From a virus (taxonomy: Duplodnaviria; Caudoviricetes), in the IMG/VR virus record IMGVR_UViG_3300021963_000139, positions 1 to 60,858 of that record: a DNA stretch of 60,858 nt, one strand, 5' to 3'. Below, in pieces: positions 45,761 to 56,037 of this stretch. The notes under the pieces were generated by a model, which ran no database searches, was not told the DNA's origin, and was given only the letters and a program-made list of their open reading frames with translations. Numbering within the stretch: the stretch's first letter is position 1; each line of letters begins with the position of its first letter. The position numbers and the translations under genes were made by a program.

Positions 45761-46048
45761 CTATCTGCATTCCTTCAGTACGGCAAGCGCCTCATCGACA
45801 CTGTTTACGATCAACAATTTGCCGCCGGTCCATGTATCAAAAAAGTTTTGCTCTGCCTCGGTGAGCTTGCGCTGCGACGGTATCTTATCCCCGTCCTTCA
45901 CTTCCATCAGAATCGTATGGCCGCGGTAGCCAACGAGTAGATCTGGTATGCCATCCCCCTGAGAAATGACTCGGACAGTCGCCCCGCAGGCTCGAAGTGC
46001 CTGGACGATAAGCCCTTGATTTGCATCAACTCTTGCTGCGCGTCGCAT
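45761..46048 (-). CDS. VRR-NUC / Holliday-junction-resolvase-like nuclease
   Basis: RVDANQ..IV.ALR..GA, GIPDLLVG..LMEVK and LTEAE..F...W.G. Confidence 0.85.
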   Translation of the reverse strand: MRRAARVDANQGLIVQALRACGATVRVISQGDGIPDLLVGYRGHTILMEVKDGDKIPSQRKLTEAEQNFFDTWTGGKLLIVNSVDEALAVLKECR

Positions 46049-46050
46049 AA

Positions 46051-46076
46051 AAACTCCAGAAACGTTACTGGAGTTT
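46051..46076. promoter_or_regulatory. 26-bp palindrome, putative operator (copy 2, one mismatch)
   Basis: AAACTCCAGAAACGTTACTGGAGTTT. Confidence 0.7.
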
Positions 46077-46082
46077 ACATGC

Positions 46083-46112
46083 TTGACACGCTCACAATAT
46101 ACCTGTTATATT
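46083..46112 (+). promoter_or_regulatory. Sigma70 promoter for the recombination operon
   Basis: TTGACA-18-TATATT with an extended TG. Confidence 0.7.
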
Positions 46113-46141
46113 GCGTACACAACTAGCAGATAGGAGAGAAC

Positions 46142-46369
46142 ATGACACGAGATGAAATGCTTCGGCGACAGATCGAAGGGGCTAGGAATTTCTCCTGGCA
46201 CCTTGGCGAAGTAGCCAACAACCTTGATCTCTTTTTTTTCTATGAGTATCGAGGCGACCATGACACAGCGATGTACTACCACCTTCAACTCTTAGAGGTG
46301 TACGACGAGTACAAGAAGCTGACCAAAGAACATATGGATTTCGTTATCGCACTGAATCATCTGACATGA
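46142..46369 (+). CDS. Hypothetical protein
   Basis: AGGAG RBS. Confidence 0.65.
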   Translation: MTRDEMLRRQIEGARNFSWHLGEVANNLDLFFFYEYRGDHDTAMYYHLQLLEVYDEYKKLTKEHMDFVIALNHLT

Positions 46370-47244
46370 AACTTACAAACAAATTCAATCTGCCGCAGAC
46401 GTTTATCAACGTCATTCATAGACCAACCTACAACAAAGGTGACTCGCACGTTTCAGTCACAGAACTATTGAACTCACCACAGATTGTGAGTCTTAGGCAT
46501 AAGCATTGGGATGAGTTAGAACAGGATGCTTCTGAGATGGTCTGGCAACTGTTCGGCTCCGCCGTCCACAAAGTCCTCGAGCATGGCAAAGACTCACATC
46601 ACATCATCGAGGAACGCCTCTACACAAAACTTGATGGATGGACGATCTCAGGCCAGATGGATCTTCAAGAAGTCTATGAAGACGGCATCGTGATCTCTGA
46701 CTACAAAGTCACCGGAGCTTGGTCCGTCATGAACGAAAAGCAAGACTGGCATAACCAGCTCAACGTTTACGCATGGCTTATCGAACGAACCAAAAACGTC
46801 AAAGTAAAGTCTGCTCAGATCATAGCCATCGTAAGGGATTGGACGGCCCGTGAGGCGCAAACGAAGGAGGGCTACCCACAATCCCCTGTTGCCGTGGTTG
46901 AGATCCCTCTGTGGCCTTCTGAGGCCCGTGAGGCCTATGTCAAAGGAAGGATCTCTAAACACAACGAGGCTTACTTCTCACTTCAACTCGACGACGAGAT
47001 GCCTGAATGTTCGTCTGAGGAAATGTGGGAGCGGCCTACAAGATACGCGCTGATCAAGACCGGCAACGTCCGGGCTAAGTCAGTACACCCAACTTTAGAA
47101 GAAGCTAATCAAGCGTTGGCTTCTTTAAAGGACTCCAAGGGTTACACCGTGGAGGTTAGAGAAGGCGAGCGTGTGCGGTGCGTTTCGTACTGCCAAGTCG
47201 CCAGTTTTTGTAATCAATACAAACGTTATCAGGAGAAAACATGA
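46366..47244 (+). CDS. PD-(D/E)XK (Cas4/RecB-like) exonuclease
   Basis: GSAVH.VLE, E.RL, ISGQMD, DYKVT, QLNVY and a C-terminal Cys cluster. Confidence 0.85.
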   Translation: MKLTNKFNLPQTFINVIHRPTYNKGDSHVSVTELLNSPQIVSLRHKHWDELEQDASEMVWQLFGSAVHKVLEHGKDSHHIIEERLYTKLDGWTISGQMDLQEVYEDGIVISDYKVTGAWSVMNEKQDWHNQLNVYAWLIERTKNVKVKSAQIIAIVRDWTAREAQTKEGYPQSPVAVVEIPLWPSEAREAYVKGRISKHNEAYFSLQLDDEMPECSSEEMWERPTRYALIKTGNVRAKSVHPTLEEANQALASLKDSKGYTVEVREGERVRCVSYCQVASFCNQYKRYQEKT

Positions 47245-47486
47245 ACGTTTTTTTAGGCAATAAAGATCTTGAATTGGTATTCCGTGGTCTGATGGTTCTA
47301 CCTTGGGTCGAGGTTAATCATTTAATTATTCGACTCCAGAACGCAGCAAAGAACGAAGACCTTGCTAATCAAAAACAGATGAGCCAGCCAGTAGCAAAAG
47401 AAGCGCCGCAAGCTAAAAAAGTTGAATACGGTCTTCGTAAAGACGGAACGCCCCGTAGCAAGCCTGGACCAAGGACAAAAAAATGA
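47241..47486 (+). CDS. Hypothetical protein
   Basis: YGLRKDGTPRSKPGP C-terminus. Confidence 0.6.
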   Translation: MNVFLGNKDLELVFRGLMVLPWVEVNHLIIRLQNAAKNEDLANQKQMSQPVAKEAPQAKKVEYGLRKDGTPRSKPGPRTKK

Positions 47487-47573
47487 AACACGAAGACATT
47501 GCCTGGATCCTGTGGGCCTTACAGGACATACGCCAACTCATCGATCAAATTGAACATGTATTAAGGAATCCTG

Positions 47574-48272
47574 ATGAAACAGATCGCCCAATCATTCGTT
47601 AAAGCACAGAAGGCCTTCGGGCCTGCGCTAAAGTCTTCAACAAATCCCCATTTCAAAAACAAGTACGCCGACTTAGCAACTTGCGTTGAAGCCGTGATTG
47701 ATGCATTAAACGATAACGGTATCGCCATGATTCAAAACATACATGATTGCGATAACGGTGTGATCGTTGAGACCGTCTTTATCCATGAGTCAGGCGAGAC
47801 CTTAAGCAACGGTAGACTTCATGTACCCGCGGCTAAACATGATCCTCAAGGATATGGCTCAGCATTGACCTATGCGCGTCGCTATAGCCTCATGGCTGCG
47901 TGCGGTATCGCCCCTGAAGATGATGATGCCAACGCCGCAAGTAAACGCAAGGAAGAGATTAAAAAGCCAGAGCCTAAGCCTGAACCCAAGGTACAAGCCA
48001 AACCTCCGGCTCACATCGAAGGGCAGAAAAAAGACTGGCAAATTAAGATAGACATCACGCCAGACGCAAATCTGGAAGATTGGACAGAGAAAGTCGCTCA
48101 AGCCACATTGGCCGGCCTTGCATTTTGCAAAACACCAGACGAAGTCAAGGAGTTATTCAAGGTCAACAGGAATATCTTTGACCAACTCAAAACCCTTGAT
48201 GAGCCTAACTACAAAGACCTGATGAAACATTTCGTAGACAAACAAAACAAACTTAAAGGAGAAGGAGCATGA
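47574..48272 (+). CDS. erf: ERF-family single-strand annealing protein
   Basis: NPHFKNKYADL, HESGE and QGYGSALTYARRYSL..GIAPEDDD. Confidence 0.9.
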   Translation: MKQIAQSFVKAQKAFGPALKSSTNPHFKNKYADLATCVEAVIDALNDNGIAMIQNIHDCDNGVIVETVFIHESGETLSNGRLHVPAAKHDPQGYGSALTYARRYSLMAACGIAPEDDDANAASKRKEEIKKPEPKPEPKVQAKPPAHIEGQKKDWQIKIDITPDANLEDWTEKVAQATLAGLAFCKTPDEVKELFKVNRNIFDQLKTLDEPNYKDLMKHFVDKQNKLKGEGA

Positions 48273-48646
48273 GTGTTAACCGCGTAATCCTTATCGGTCG
48301 AGTCGGTCAAGATCCTATCGTGAGATACACCGGGGAGGGGATGGCAATAGCCAACGTATCCCTTGCCACATCCACCAAGGTCAAAGGCCAGGAAGAAACA
48401 CAATGGCATCGTCTTGTCTTCTTTGGAAAGCTTGCTGAGATCGTTTCTGAATACGTCAAGAAAGGCGTTCAGATCTATGTTGAAGGATCAATTAAGTACG
48501 GCAAATACACCGACAAAGAAGGCAACGAGAAGACCACTGTTGAGATTTCTTGTTCTGCCATGACCATGCTCGGTGGGAACAAGGAAGTAGGCCGTCCTGA
48601 AAAGCCTACGATCAAACAAGACGATGACCACGACTTGCCGTTCTGA
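48269..48646 (+). CDS. ssb: Single-stranded DNA-binding protein
   Basis: SVNRVILIGR.G.DP, ETQWHR.V.FGKLAEI and DDLPF-type tail. Confidence 0.95.
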   Translation: MSVNRVILIGRVGQDPIVRYTGEGMAIANVSLATSTKVKGQEETQWHRLVFFGKLAEIVSEYVKKGVQIYVEGSIKYGKYTDKEGNEKTTVEISCSAMTMLGGNKEVGRPEKPTIKQDDDHDLPF

Positions 48647-49086
48647 TGAAAACCTCACAATTTGAAGCCGCCAAGGTGGCTATAAAACAGGATAAGACGG
48701 GTTATGTCCTAACCCTTTGTATCCACCCTGACGAAATCCCTGATGAGATTCTGAGGGACTTTGTCGGGGCGAGATATCAAGTGGTAATGGTCAGACTTAA
48801 CACTGATGAAACCCCGATGGTTAGGGAGCGTGAGTATGGACGCGATCCCGTCAGAGCCTCAGCCATGATCTGTAAGGATCCAGCGTTTGCAAGGTTCCTC
48901 GTAGATACAGGAAATATCTTCGAGGAATCAGAAAGCGCCGCCACTGATTGGCTGAAAGAAACCCTCGAGGTGACATCACGTTCTGAACTTAAGAACAAAC
49001 CAGCCGCGGCTAAACGTCTATTCAATATCGAACAGGAATTCAATTCATGGAAAGCAAACGTCTCATCCCCTACTCAGTCCATCTGA
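48646..49086 (+). CDS. Hypothetical protein
   Basis: Coupled ORF in the recombination operon. Confidence 0.65.
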   Translation: MKTSQFEAAKVAIKQDKTGYVLTLCIHPDEIPDEILRDFVGARYQVVMVRLNTDETPMVREREYGRDPVRASAMICKDPAFARFLVDTGNIFEESESAATDWLKETLEVTSRSELKNKPAAAKRLFNIEQEFNSWKANVSSPTQSI

Positions 49087-49352
49087 GAGAGGATATTTAT
49101 TTAAAGCTGAAGGAAGCCGCGAAGGACAGGAAAGCTACCGCCTTAGTACGCGACGCTATCACGATGATGATTGAAGGCAATGACGAATTCAATGCCGGAT
49201 ACAACAAAGCTATTAGAGATGTGGTTAGCGTCCTGCATGAGGATGAACTATGTAGCCGCCTTGGTTATCAAGGCCAAACAATTGCAGAATTTCTTGATGA
49301 TTTGTTAAGCGCGATGATTATTCATCAACGCCCGAATAGGAGAAAAAAATGA
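49047..49352 (+). CDS. Ribbon-helix-helix-like protein
   Basis: YSVHLREDIY.KLK..A......LVRDAI. Confidence 0.5.
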   Translation: MESKRLIPYSVHLREDIYLKLKEAAKDRKATALVRDAITMMIEGNDEFNAGYNKAIRDVVSVLHEDELCSRLGYQGQTIAEFLDDLLSAMIIHQRPNRRKK

Positions 49353-49600
49353 ACGAACGCATATGGAAATCCGGCGCAAACGCAATTGAAATTTGGAAGA
49401 AACAAAAAGCCCCGACTCATGTAGTGAAGATTGATATCTATGGAAAAATTAGCGAACCAGAACCCATCCCACAAGAAGAAGGCGAATGGCCGTCGGTTCC
49501 GCCCACATGGGTCCCGCCATCAGAAGATCCGGCTTATCAAAAGAAATGGGCTTACTGGAGAAGCCTCTTTTCCCACGGTGAGCATGATGAAAGGCGTTGA
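49349..49600 (+). CDS. Hypothetical protein
   Basis: AGGAG RBS; WVPPSEDP. Confidence 0.55.
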   Translation: MNERIWKSGANAIEIWKKQKAPTHVVKIDIYGKISEPEPIPQEEGEWPSVPPTWVPPSEDPAYQKKWAYWRSLFSHGEHDERR

Positions 49601-49784
49601 ATCCCTGGTTAAAGAAGAAGCTGAATCTGATCTCACCATGCTCGATTGGTACGCAGCTTTTGCTATGGTTCGGTATGCTGTCTTGAAAACGCCTTTTGAT
49701 GATCTTCCATGGGCATGTTTTAACCTCGCCGAAGAAATGATGAAAGAAAGAAAAAAACGGATGAGAAAGAAAGGCTTTGAATAA
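49584..49784 (+). CDS. Hypothetical protein, probable paralogue of 44347..44532
   Basis: LTMLDWYAAFAM..FNLAEEMM.ER. Confidence 0.55.
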   Translation: MMKGVESLVKEEAESDLTMLDWYAAFAMVRYAVLKTPFDDLPWACFNLAEEMMKERKKRMRKKGFE

Positions 49785-50034
49785 CAAACTAACCGCTAAG
49801 GAACGTGAACATATACACAGGGTAAAACTCTTACCCTGTAGTGTATGTGACGCACCGGGACCATCTGACGCACACCACGTTAAGCAGCATCAACAATACA
49901 CCGTGGTGGCTTTATGTAAAGACTGCCATCAAGGTTCTATCCTTGGATGGCATGGTCAAAAACGGGCGTGGTCTATCCGTAAGATGGACGAACTCGACGC
50001 ACTTGCCGTGACGATTGAACGATTACTTGGATGA
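49777..50034 (+). CDS. Small HNH/Ref-like Zn-binding nuclease
   Basis: PCSVC..AHH..ALCKDCHQG..G.H. Confidence 0.6.
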   Translation: MNNKLTAKEREHIHRVKLLPCSVCDAPGPSDAHHVKQHQQYTVVALCKDCHQGSILGWHGQKRAWSIRKMDELDALAVTIERLLG

Positions 50035-53000
50035 CTTCCTGACTTCTTCCGCCTGTTGAGCCAAGTCAGCAATAATCAATTTCATTCGATCAATCTCTTC
50101 ACGCTTATCCGCTCCGCTCATGGTGGTATCCGCCATGATGACGCGGATTTGTTTTCTAATCTCAGACATGTTCTTTGATGTCTTGTCATAGAACTTAGCC
50201 AAGGCGATCTTGTCTCCCTTCTCAGAGATGATCTCCTCGACCTTAGCAGCATCACCGACCTCAGCGTAATGCCGCATATCTGCAAAGGCTTGATTGATCT
50301 CTTTGGCATTCTCATAAAAGGATGTCACGTACTTAGCCTGATTAGCCGGTAGATCTCTTGCCAAACCTAAGCTTGCACGATCAATCCACTTTGCATCAGG
50401 ATATTCCCCTTCCCTAAACGGCATGACCGCATAAGTTGATATGGTTGAAGCCGCTCCACCAAGCCATCCAAAGTATCCCTTGATGGCGTAGTCAACCTGA
50501 ACAGGCGAAAGCTCCGCCGCTTTAGGTAAAACTGTCGAACTTAAAATTGACGAAACGCCGCCAAGAGCGATGGCAAGCGGACTTGTTTGATCGGTCATAC
50601 GCTCTTGTTTTGATAGACGCTCAAGACCAGCCGTTTCAATAGGCGCGCCTGTGAATGTACTCTTGTTTGCGTAAAGATCTAACAAGGGTTTAAACATTTG
50701 CGGCGTTGGGTTCATGGCAAACGTATCAAAAATTGCTCGACTAATAGCAGCTTTGAACTGTTTACCCTCTGCTTCTTGGTCTACCATTTGCTCTAAGATT
50801 CTTTCGCTTAAAGTTCCTAACGCGCCTATTTCAAATGGCTTTGGAATCCGATATGCAACGTCTATGCCTGGAAGCTTAAACCACCAAAAATTATCTCTGT
50901 CCCATTCGTCACGCTTCTGGAATTCCTCGTCATCTTTAAAAGCTAAGTAAAGAGCCATAGATGCAAGCATCGTTGCCATTGCTACGTACCCAAACGCTTC
51001 TGCCTTTTGCTTGTCCGAACCTGTTATTTCTTTGCCAGTTGAAACGTTATACAAAACTCTTGAGGTCGGAATAACTCCGTCTCTTCCTAGTTTATAAAGA
51101 CCTTGAATGCGAGCATTTAAAAATGGAACAATTTGTGTAAGGTACCTAAAAGCAGGCCAAGACCCTTGTTTAGAAAAGTCGAGCAAGTCTCTTGCGTAGT
51201 AACTTGCTTCTAAATGACTCATTTTTTTGTCGCGTAAGTTCTTATATAAAGTAAGACGGTTAGCCGATTCAGACGCATTGCCCCAGTCTTGATATTTATC
51301 AAGAAGAAATCGCAGACCGTTTTTAATCCGCTCTCCACTATCAAGGATAGTGTCACGCCCTACACCTTTATCAATTAACCTCTTAATTAGTTTCGATTGG
51401 TCACCTTCATAAGCAGTGCCAAAATTAAAAATAGCACCACCTGCTAACGCCCCAATGTATGTTTCTTTTTTCTCATTGAAAATGGAAACACCATTGAGAA
51501 CGTTTGTGAATGGATTTGAACCAAGTCCACCCCCACTCAGCGCCATCGATTGCCATGAGTCTCGAATTAAGTTGTTTACTTTAAATACTGGAGAAACCGT
51601 CACCCCAAGTTGCAACAGATTCTTGAAGCCTCGCATCACATCAACAAACATATTCTTAGGACCAAGATATCCAATCGCAGAAATTGACTCTAGCAACAAT
51701 GGATCATTGACCTTAAAGTATTTGGCTTGCCCATCAATCATAACTTTTACAGAACCGGTCTTCTCCTTGGTCGGCTCGACCACAGGTGTATCACCTAGTA
51801 CTACACTTTGGGCGGCTTGTAATGTTGATACCGCGGCTTGGTTCTTCATCGCTGCCGACAGGATGTGATTCCAATTTCGTAAAGTGTTCTCTACCAGATC
51901 ACCGAATGGACGCTCACCACCTTTGAGCTGCTTTGAGAAGTACTGACTCGTAAGACCTGATGCTATAGAAGGAGCGTCGATATCCTTATCTTCCATTTCT
52001 TTATAAAAGGGTACGTAATAAATATCTTTTGAAAACTTTTCGAATCCATTTTTATCTATCAATCCGGTATCTAAAGCTATCTGCAAGACAGAACGGTTTA
52101 TGCTATTCATGTCTTGCAACACATCGTTGTAGACTTTTATTCTTTGCTGTCCGTTTAACTGTCCTTTTGAAAGCTCATCTTTTTGGTTGAGCAAATCATC
52201 AGGAACAGACGGGGTTTTTCCTTCTTTACGTAGCTGCTCTTCACGGTTGAGAGCGACCCAGATCATAAAATTATCAACCTCAGTTCCTACAGGCTCCAGT
52301 GCTTTGATAAAACCCTTTGTGTTTTGTTTGATGTTTAACGCGCCGTCGTCGTTAATGACCTCCCCATATAGCATCAAGCCTTCTAACGCGCCGTCAACCG
52401 AGCGTGAAAGCGTGGCTTGCATATGAGCTTTATCACTGTAGTCTTTAATCGATCTAAACTGATCGGCCATACCCTGAGCAATACGCTGCCAGAAGCGATC
52501 CTTTAGACCCTCGATCTTATCGATGATGGTTTTATTCTCAGGAGCGAAGGTAGCCTGTAACTGCTGTGCGATTTGCTCAGAGATCTGTGGCGCAAGTCTG
52601 AGTGGCTCGCGTTTCTGCATGGCTTGTTGAGCTGTTTTCTTTATGCGTTGTGCCGCGCTTGGCTCGCGATTTTCTTCTGAAACAACTAGGTCGCTTGGTA
52701 ATTTGCCAAACGTAGGGCGAGATGTTTGCGACAATTGTTCTACTAAATTTAAAATTTCACTAAGAGCCGTTTTGTTTTTAATGCCCAACAAATTTGCAAC
52801 AAGTTCAACAAACTTAGACCAAACGCTTTGCGATTGGCTGTAAGGAATTTGCATCAATTCATATTGAAACTCAGGGTAAGCCAACGCTTCAGTTACAAAT
52901 TCTAATCCTACTTTTTGAACATCGGTGCGTGTATCAAATGCGTACCACTCAGAGTTTGTATTTGGATCAATTAACTTGCCACGTTTTTTTAATTCCTTTT

Positions 53001-56000
53001 TTGCGTACTCTCGTAATTTTTTAATTTCTTGAACAAATTTACGTGCTTGTGGCGACGGCGCAAGCTGTTGTCTTGCCACCAATGCATGTACTATTTCATG
53101 AATTGTGGTTTTTTCGCTTCCCGCAAAATTAACGCTCATCGTAATTTGATCATATGCGGGGCTGTACTGCCCTTTGCCCCCAATTCTTGCGGGACGCATA
53201 ATTTTTACTTTGTTGCGAAGCGGCTCTGCCAATTCAGCGACTCGTCTATAAACCGGGTTTTTGTGTGTTTTAAAAAAATCAATTAACCCGCCAAAATCCT
53301 TCGCATAATGTAATTTTTCAACGATTGGATTGTTGTAATTGACAGGCAACACATCTTTAAATTGTTCAAGCGTTAAAATTTTCCCTGGCTCAGTAGGCTC
53401 CGTAGGTTCTGTTGGTTCAACGGTTTTTTGTTCAGATTTTTGAGGCGTTTGCTGACCTTCTTTTCTAAGAGCTTTTTCTATAAAACCTCTAGAAATTTGA
53501 TTTTCTTTGTATGCTTGTAGAAATGCTTTTATTTTTTCTTGTTGACCTTTTTCTTCTTGCGTTATTGGTTCAGAACGAACCATTTCATTAAGCAGACGCA
53601 AATAGTAATCAACCGCATCAACACTAGGATTATTAAGAAATTGTATTGCTGGTAATTCAATGCCACTTGTAGGCTCAACTTGACCGGCTTGAATTGTCCA
53701 AATTGTATAACCTAAAGGAGGTTTAGATGTTGGTATGTCATATGGCTTGGCGGTAGGCTTTGCAACATTAGTGACAGGACGGCCAAATACATCTCGAACA
53801 CCTTGAAGCGTAGGACCGGCAATAGGCTGTTGAGATATCTTGGCTTCAGGAGAACCAAGGAATGTCAGGGGAGGAAGCTGTAGTACTTGACGCTCAGTCT
53901 GTAACGCACGTTGGACATCCTCTCGTGGGATACGCCCTGCTTCCCAATCCTTTACAAACCTTTGTGATGCCGGCGTGTTGGTCTGTCTAGCGATCTTGAC
54001 GTAAGCCTCGACCGGATCAATCACAACAGGTTTCTCGGGCGTACCAAATGCCGTAGCCTGTTGTTCAGTAGATAACTTAAATGGTAAGTCAAAAGACTTG
54101 ATTGCAAACTTACCTTGAACCGTTGGATGAGGAACTATACCAAGGCTATTAGGATCTCCGCCCTCGATTTGAAGCATGTTTTTCAGTACACCAAGCCGTG
54201 CGTTAGCTTGCTGTTCTGTTAGCGGTCTTGGATCAACAAGCTTAGGCACCGGAGACTTTCCGATCTTTGGCTTTTCAACTTGGGTGATGCCAGCTCGTTG
54301 CTGTTCTGCCGTAGGAAGTCCTGCCTCCTGGCGGCGACGATCAATCTCTGCCTGTCTTGCTGCTATGGCTTCAGGGCTAGACGCGGTTGGAAGTTGTTGT
54401 GCTAATGGACCTCGCTCTTGTACTTCTGGTCGAGTCTCTGGGCCTACCCTTGGTTGCGGTTTGGCTTGTTTCTGAAGTTCAATCAAACGATTCTTCAGAT
54501 ACTCTCGCTGTTCTGTCGTAAGAGGGTTTGGCGTGTTAGGCAAATTGGCAAGTTGTAATTGCCTAATGATGTCTAGCATTTCTTCGCTAGCCGCTCTAGC
54601 TTCGCCAGGAATAGCCTGTACTTCTCTTACACGTTTACGTTCAGCGTCTCTTGCAATCTTTTCCCGAGCGGCAATGTCTTCTTGTATCTGCTGCGCCTCA
54701 GCCGTAGCAGGCTTTTCAAACTCAGGCATCCTCTCTACTTTTGTTTCGCCAGGACGCAAACCAAACTTACTTGTTGCCTGTTGAAACTCAGGCATATCTT
54801 CGACGCGGGTTTCTCCGGGCTTTAGTAATGAGGCAACGCCACGCTCAAACTCAGGCAACTTAGCCCTTGCCTCTCCTGGTCGAAGCGGTCTACGTTCTTC
54901 TTCTTGCGCGGCAGCTTCTTGTGCCGAAAGCAAACCCTCAATACCAACTCCTGGTTGTCTTCCAACACCGGTCAATGCTTCAATGCGTTGTTGTGTAGCG
55001 GTCGGCTCTACGGGTGGAAGCTGTTCCTCTGGAGTAACGGGAGGCGCCGGTTCTTGGGGAGTAGGCCTTCTAGCCAAACCCGCTATACCACCAAGTCCAA
55101 CGCCACCAATAGCGGCCATACCTGCGGTTTCGCCCAAGCCTTCAGTCAAGGATTGCTCAGGCTTGACCTCGCGCATCGCAAGGTTCTGCGTGAATCGGCC
55201 ACCAACTTCCTCACCGACTTCACTAACACCTTCACCTACCGCACCACGACCAACACGACCGGCTCTGCCTGCGACGCTCGGTACGCCTGCGAATGTTTCT
55301 TCTAAAGCCCTCGCACCAGGAAGTCGTTGAGCCAATACAGAAATGATTGCACCTGATGCGCCTGCCGCCCGGGCAAGATTCAACGCACCTTGCGCCGCCT
55401 CTGTATCGGTTGCGCCTTTAGACTTAAGTTCGTTGTAGATGTTCTCGTAAGCACCAGCGCCAACATCTGCGCCTTGCTGAACACCCGCGGCTCCAATCGC
55501 ACCACGAACACCGGCTTGTGCTGCCGCGGCTTCACCCGCGCCTCGAGCGACTGTCGCACCCTTGGCGATCTTTGCCGCCCCGAAGGGGACTAGCAACTGA
55601 GGAGCCTGCTCTGCAAGAAACGTTAATAACAAACCTGGGTCTTTTACCGTCTCAGAGAACGCAGACTTAAACGCACCAAACTGCCCTTCCTTAGCGGTGG
55701 CTTCTTCAATCGCTTTACGTCTTGCTTCTTCTCTAGCTTTTAGCCCTGCCGACTTCAAAGACTCGGCATATTCTTCGATATCTTTACCAACGCCTAACGC
55801 TCCGGTACGTCTCATATCTCCCGTAGCAAGGCCATATAACTGACCAGGGAGTTGGACGAGCGAACCGATTCCACCTACAACCCCAGCGCCGATATCCTGT
55901 AACGCCTCGCCGTAGGTACGCTCTTTGGATGGTGGCTGTTGCTTTGCAAGGTAAGCAAGGATCTTTGCTTTAGCTGCGGCAGGATCAGTTTCAGCAAGAT

Positions 56001-56034
56001 CATAATGCTGCCCTTGGTATTCATAGACAGGCAT
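50023..56034 (-). CDS. Large polyvalent/ejection protein with an HExxH metallopeptidase-like domain and C-terminal LPD38-like domain
   Basis: 2003 aa; IHEIVH..EFVTEA; PFLNARIQGL and RIPKPFEIG. Confidence 0.7.
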   Translation of the reverse strand: MPVYEYQGQHYDLAETDPAAAKAKILAYLAKQQPPSKERTYGEALQDIGAGVVGGIGSLVQLPGQLYGLATGDMRRTGALGVGKDIEEYAESLKSAGLKAREEARRKAIEEATAKEGQFGAFKSAFSETVKDPGLLLTFLAEQAPQLLVPFGAAKIAKGATVARGAGEAAAAQAGVRGAIGAAGVQQGADVGAGAYENIYNELKSKGATDTEAAQGALNLARAAGASGAIISVLAQRLPGARALEETFAGVPSVAGRAGRVGRGAVGEGVSEVGEEVGGRFTQNLAMREVKPEQSLTEGLGETAGMAAIGGVGLGGIAGLARRPTPQEPAPPVTPEEQLPPVEPTATQQRIEALTGVGRQPGVGIEGLLSAQEAAAQEEERRPLRPGEARAKLPEFERGVASLLKPGETRVEDMPEFQQATSKFGLRPGETKVERMPEFEKPATAEAQQIQEDIAAREKIARDAERKRVREVQAIPGEARAASEEMLDIIRQLQLANLPNTPNPLTTEQREYLKNRLIELQKQAKPQPRVGPETRPEVQERGPLAQQLPTASSPEAIAARQAEIDRRRQEAGLPTAEQQRAGITQVEKPKIGKSPVPKLVDPRPLTEQQANARLGVLKNMLQIEGGDPNSLGIVPHPTVQGKFAIKSFDLPFKLSTEQQATAFGTPEKPVVIDPVEAYVKIARQTNTPASQRFVKDWEAGRIPREDVQRALQTERQVLQLPPLTFLGSPEAKISQQPIAGPTLQGVRDVFGRPVTNVAKPTAKPYDIPTSKPPLGYTIWTIQAGQVEPTSGIELPAIQFLNNPSVDAVDYYLRLLNEMVRSEPITQEEKGQQEKIKAFLQAYKENQISRGFIEKALRKEGQQTPQKSEQKTVEPTEPTEPTEPGKILTLEQFKDVLPVNYNNPIVEKLHYAKDFGGLIDFFKTHKNPVYRRVAELAEPLRNKVKIMRPARIGGKGQYSPAYDQITMSVNFAGSEKTTIHEIVHALVARQQLAPSPQARKFVQEIKKLREYAKKELKKRGKLIDPNTNSEWYAFDTRTDVQKVGLEFVTEALAYPEFQYELMQIPYSQSQSVWSKFVELVANLLGIKNKTALSEILNLVEQLSQTSRPTFGKLPSDLVVSEENREPSAAQRIKKTAQQAMQKREPLRLAPQISEQIAQQLQATFAPENKTIIDKIEGLKDRFWQRIAQGMADQFRSIKDYSDKAHMQATLSRSVDGALEGLMLYGEVINDDGALNIKQNTKGFIKALEPVGTEVDNFMIWVALNREEQLRKEGKTPSVPDDLLNQKDELSKGQLNGQQRIKVYNDVLQDMNSINRSVLQIALDTGLIDKNGFEKFSKDIYYVPFYKEMEDKDIDAPSIASGLTSQYFSKQLKGGERPFGDLVENTLRNWNHILSAAMKNQAAVSTLQAAQSVVLGDTPVVEPTKEKTGSVKVMIDGQAKYFKVNDPLLLESISAIGYLGPKNMFVDVMRGFKNLLQLGVTVSPVFKVNNLIRDSWQSMALSGGGLGSNPFTNVLNGVSIFNEKKETYIGALAGGAIFNFGTAYEGDQSKLIKRLIDKGVGRDTILDSGERIKNGLRFLLDKYQDWGNASESANRLTLYKNLRDKKMSHLEASYYARDLLDFSKQGSWPAFRYLTQIVPFLNARIQGLYKLGRDGVIPTSRVLYNVSTGKEITGSDKQKAEAFGYVAMATMLASMALYLAFKDDEEFQKRDEWDRDNFWWFKLPGIDVAYRIPKPFEIGALGTLSERILEQMVDQEAEGKQFKAAISRAIFDTFAMNPTPQMFKPLLDLYANKSTFTGAPIETAGLERLSKQERMTDQTSPLAIALGGVSSILSSTVLPKAAELSPVQVDYAIKGYFGWLGGAASTISTYAVMPFREGEYPDAKWIDRASLGLARDLPANQAKYVTSFYENAKEINQAFADMRHYAEVGDAAKVEEIISEKGDKIALAKFYDKTSKNMSEIRKQIRVIMADTTMSGADKREEIDRMKLIIADLAQQAEEVRKSSK

Positions 56035-56037
56035 TGC

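Noticed and set aside
45359-45940. Plus-strand ORFs 45359..45604, 45639..45929 and 45656..45940
   Set aside because: They have no clear RBS or motifs, overlap the VRR-NUC gene antisense or the structured region, and are better explained by RNA structure.
50023-50034. Overlap of convergent gene ends (also 38225-38239)
   Set aside because: Short tail-to-tail overlaps are ordinary in compact phage genomes.
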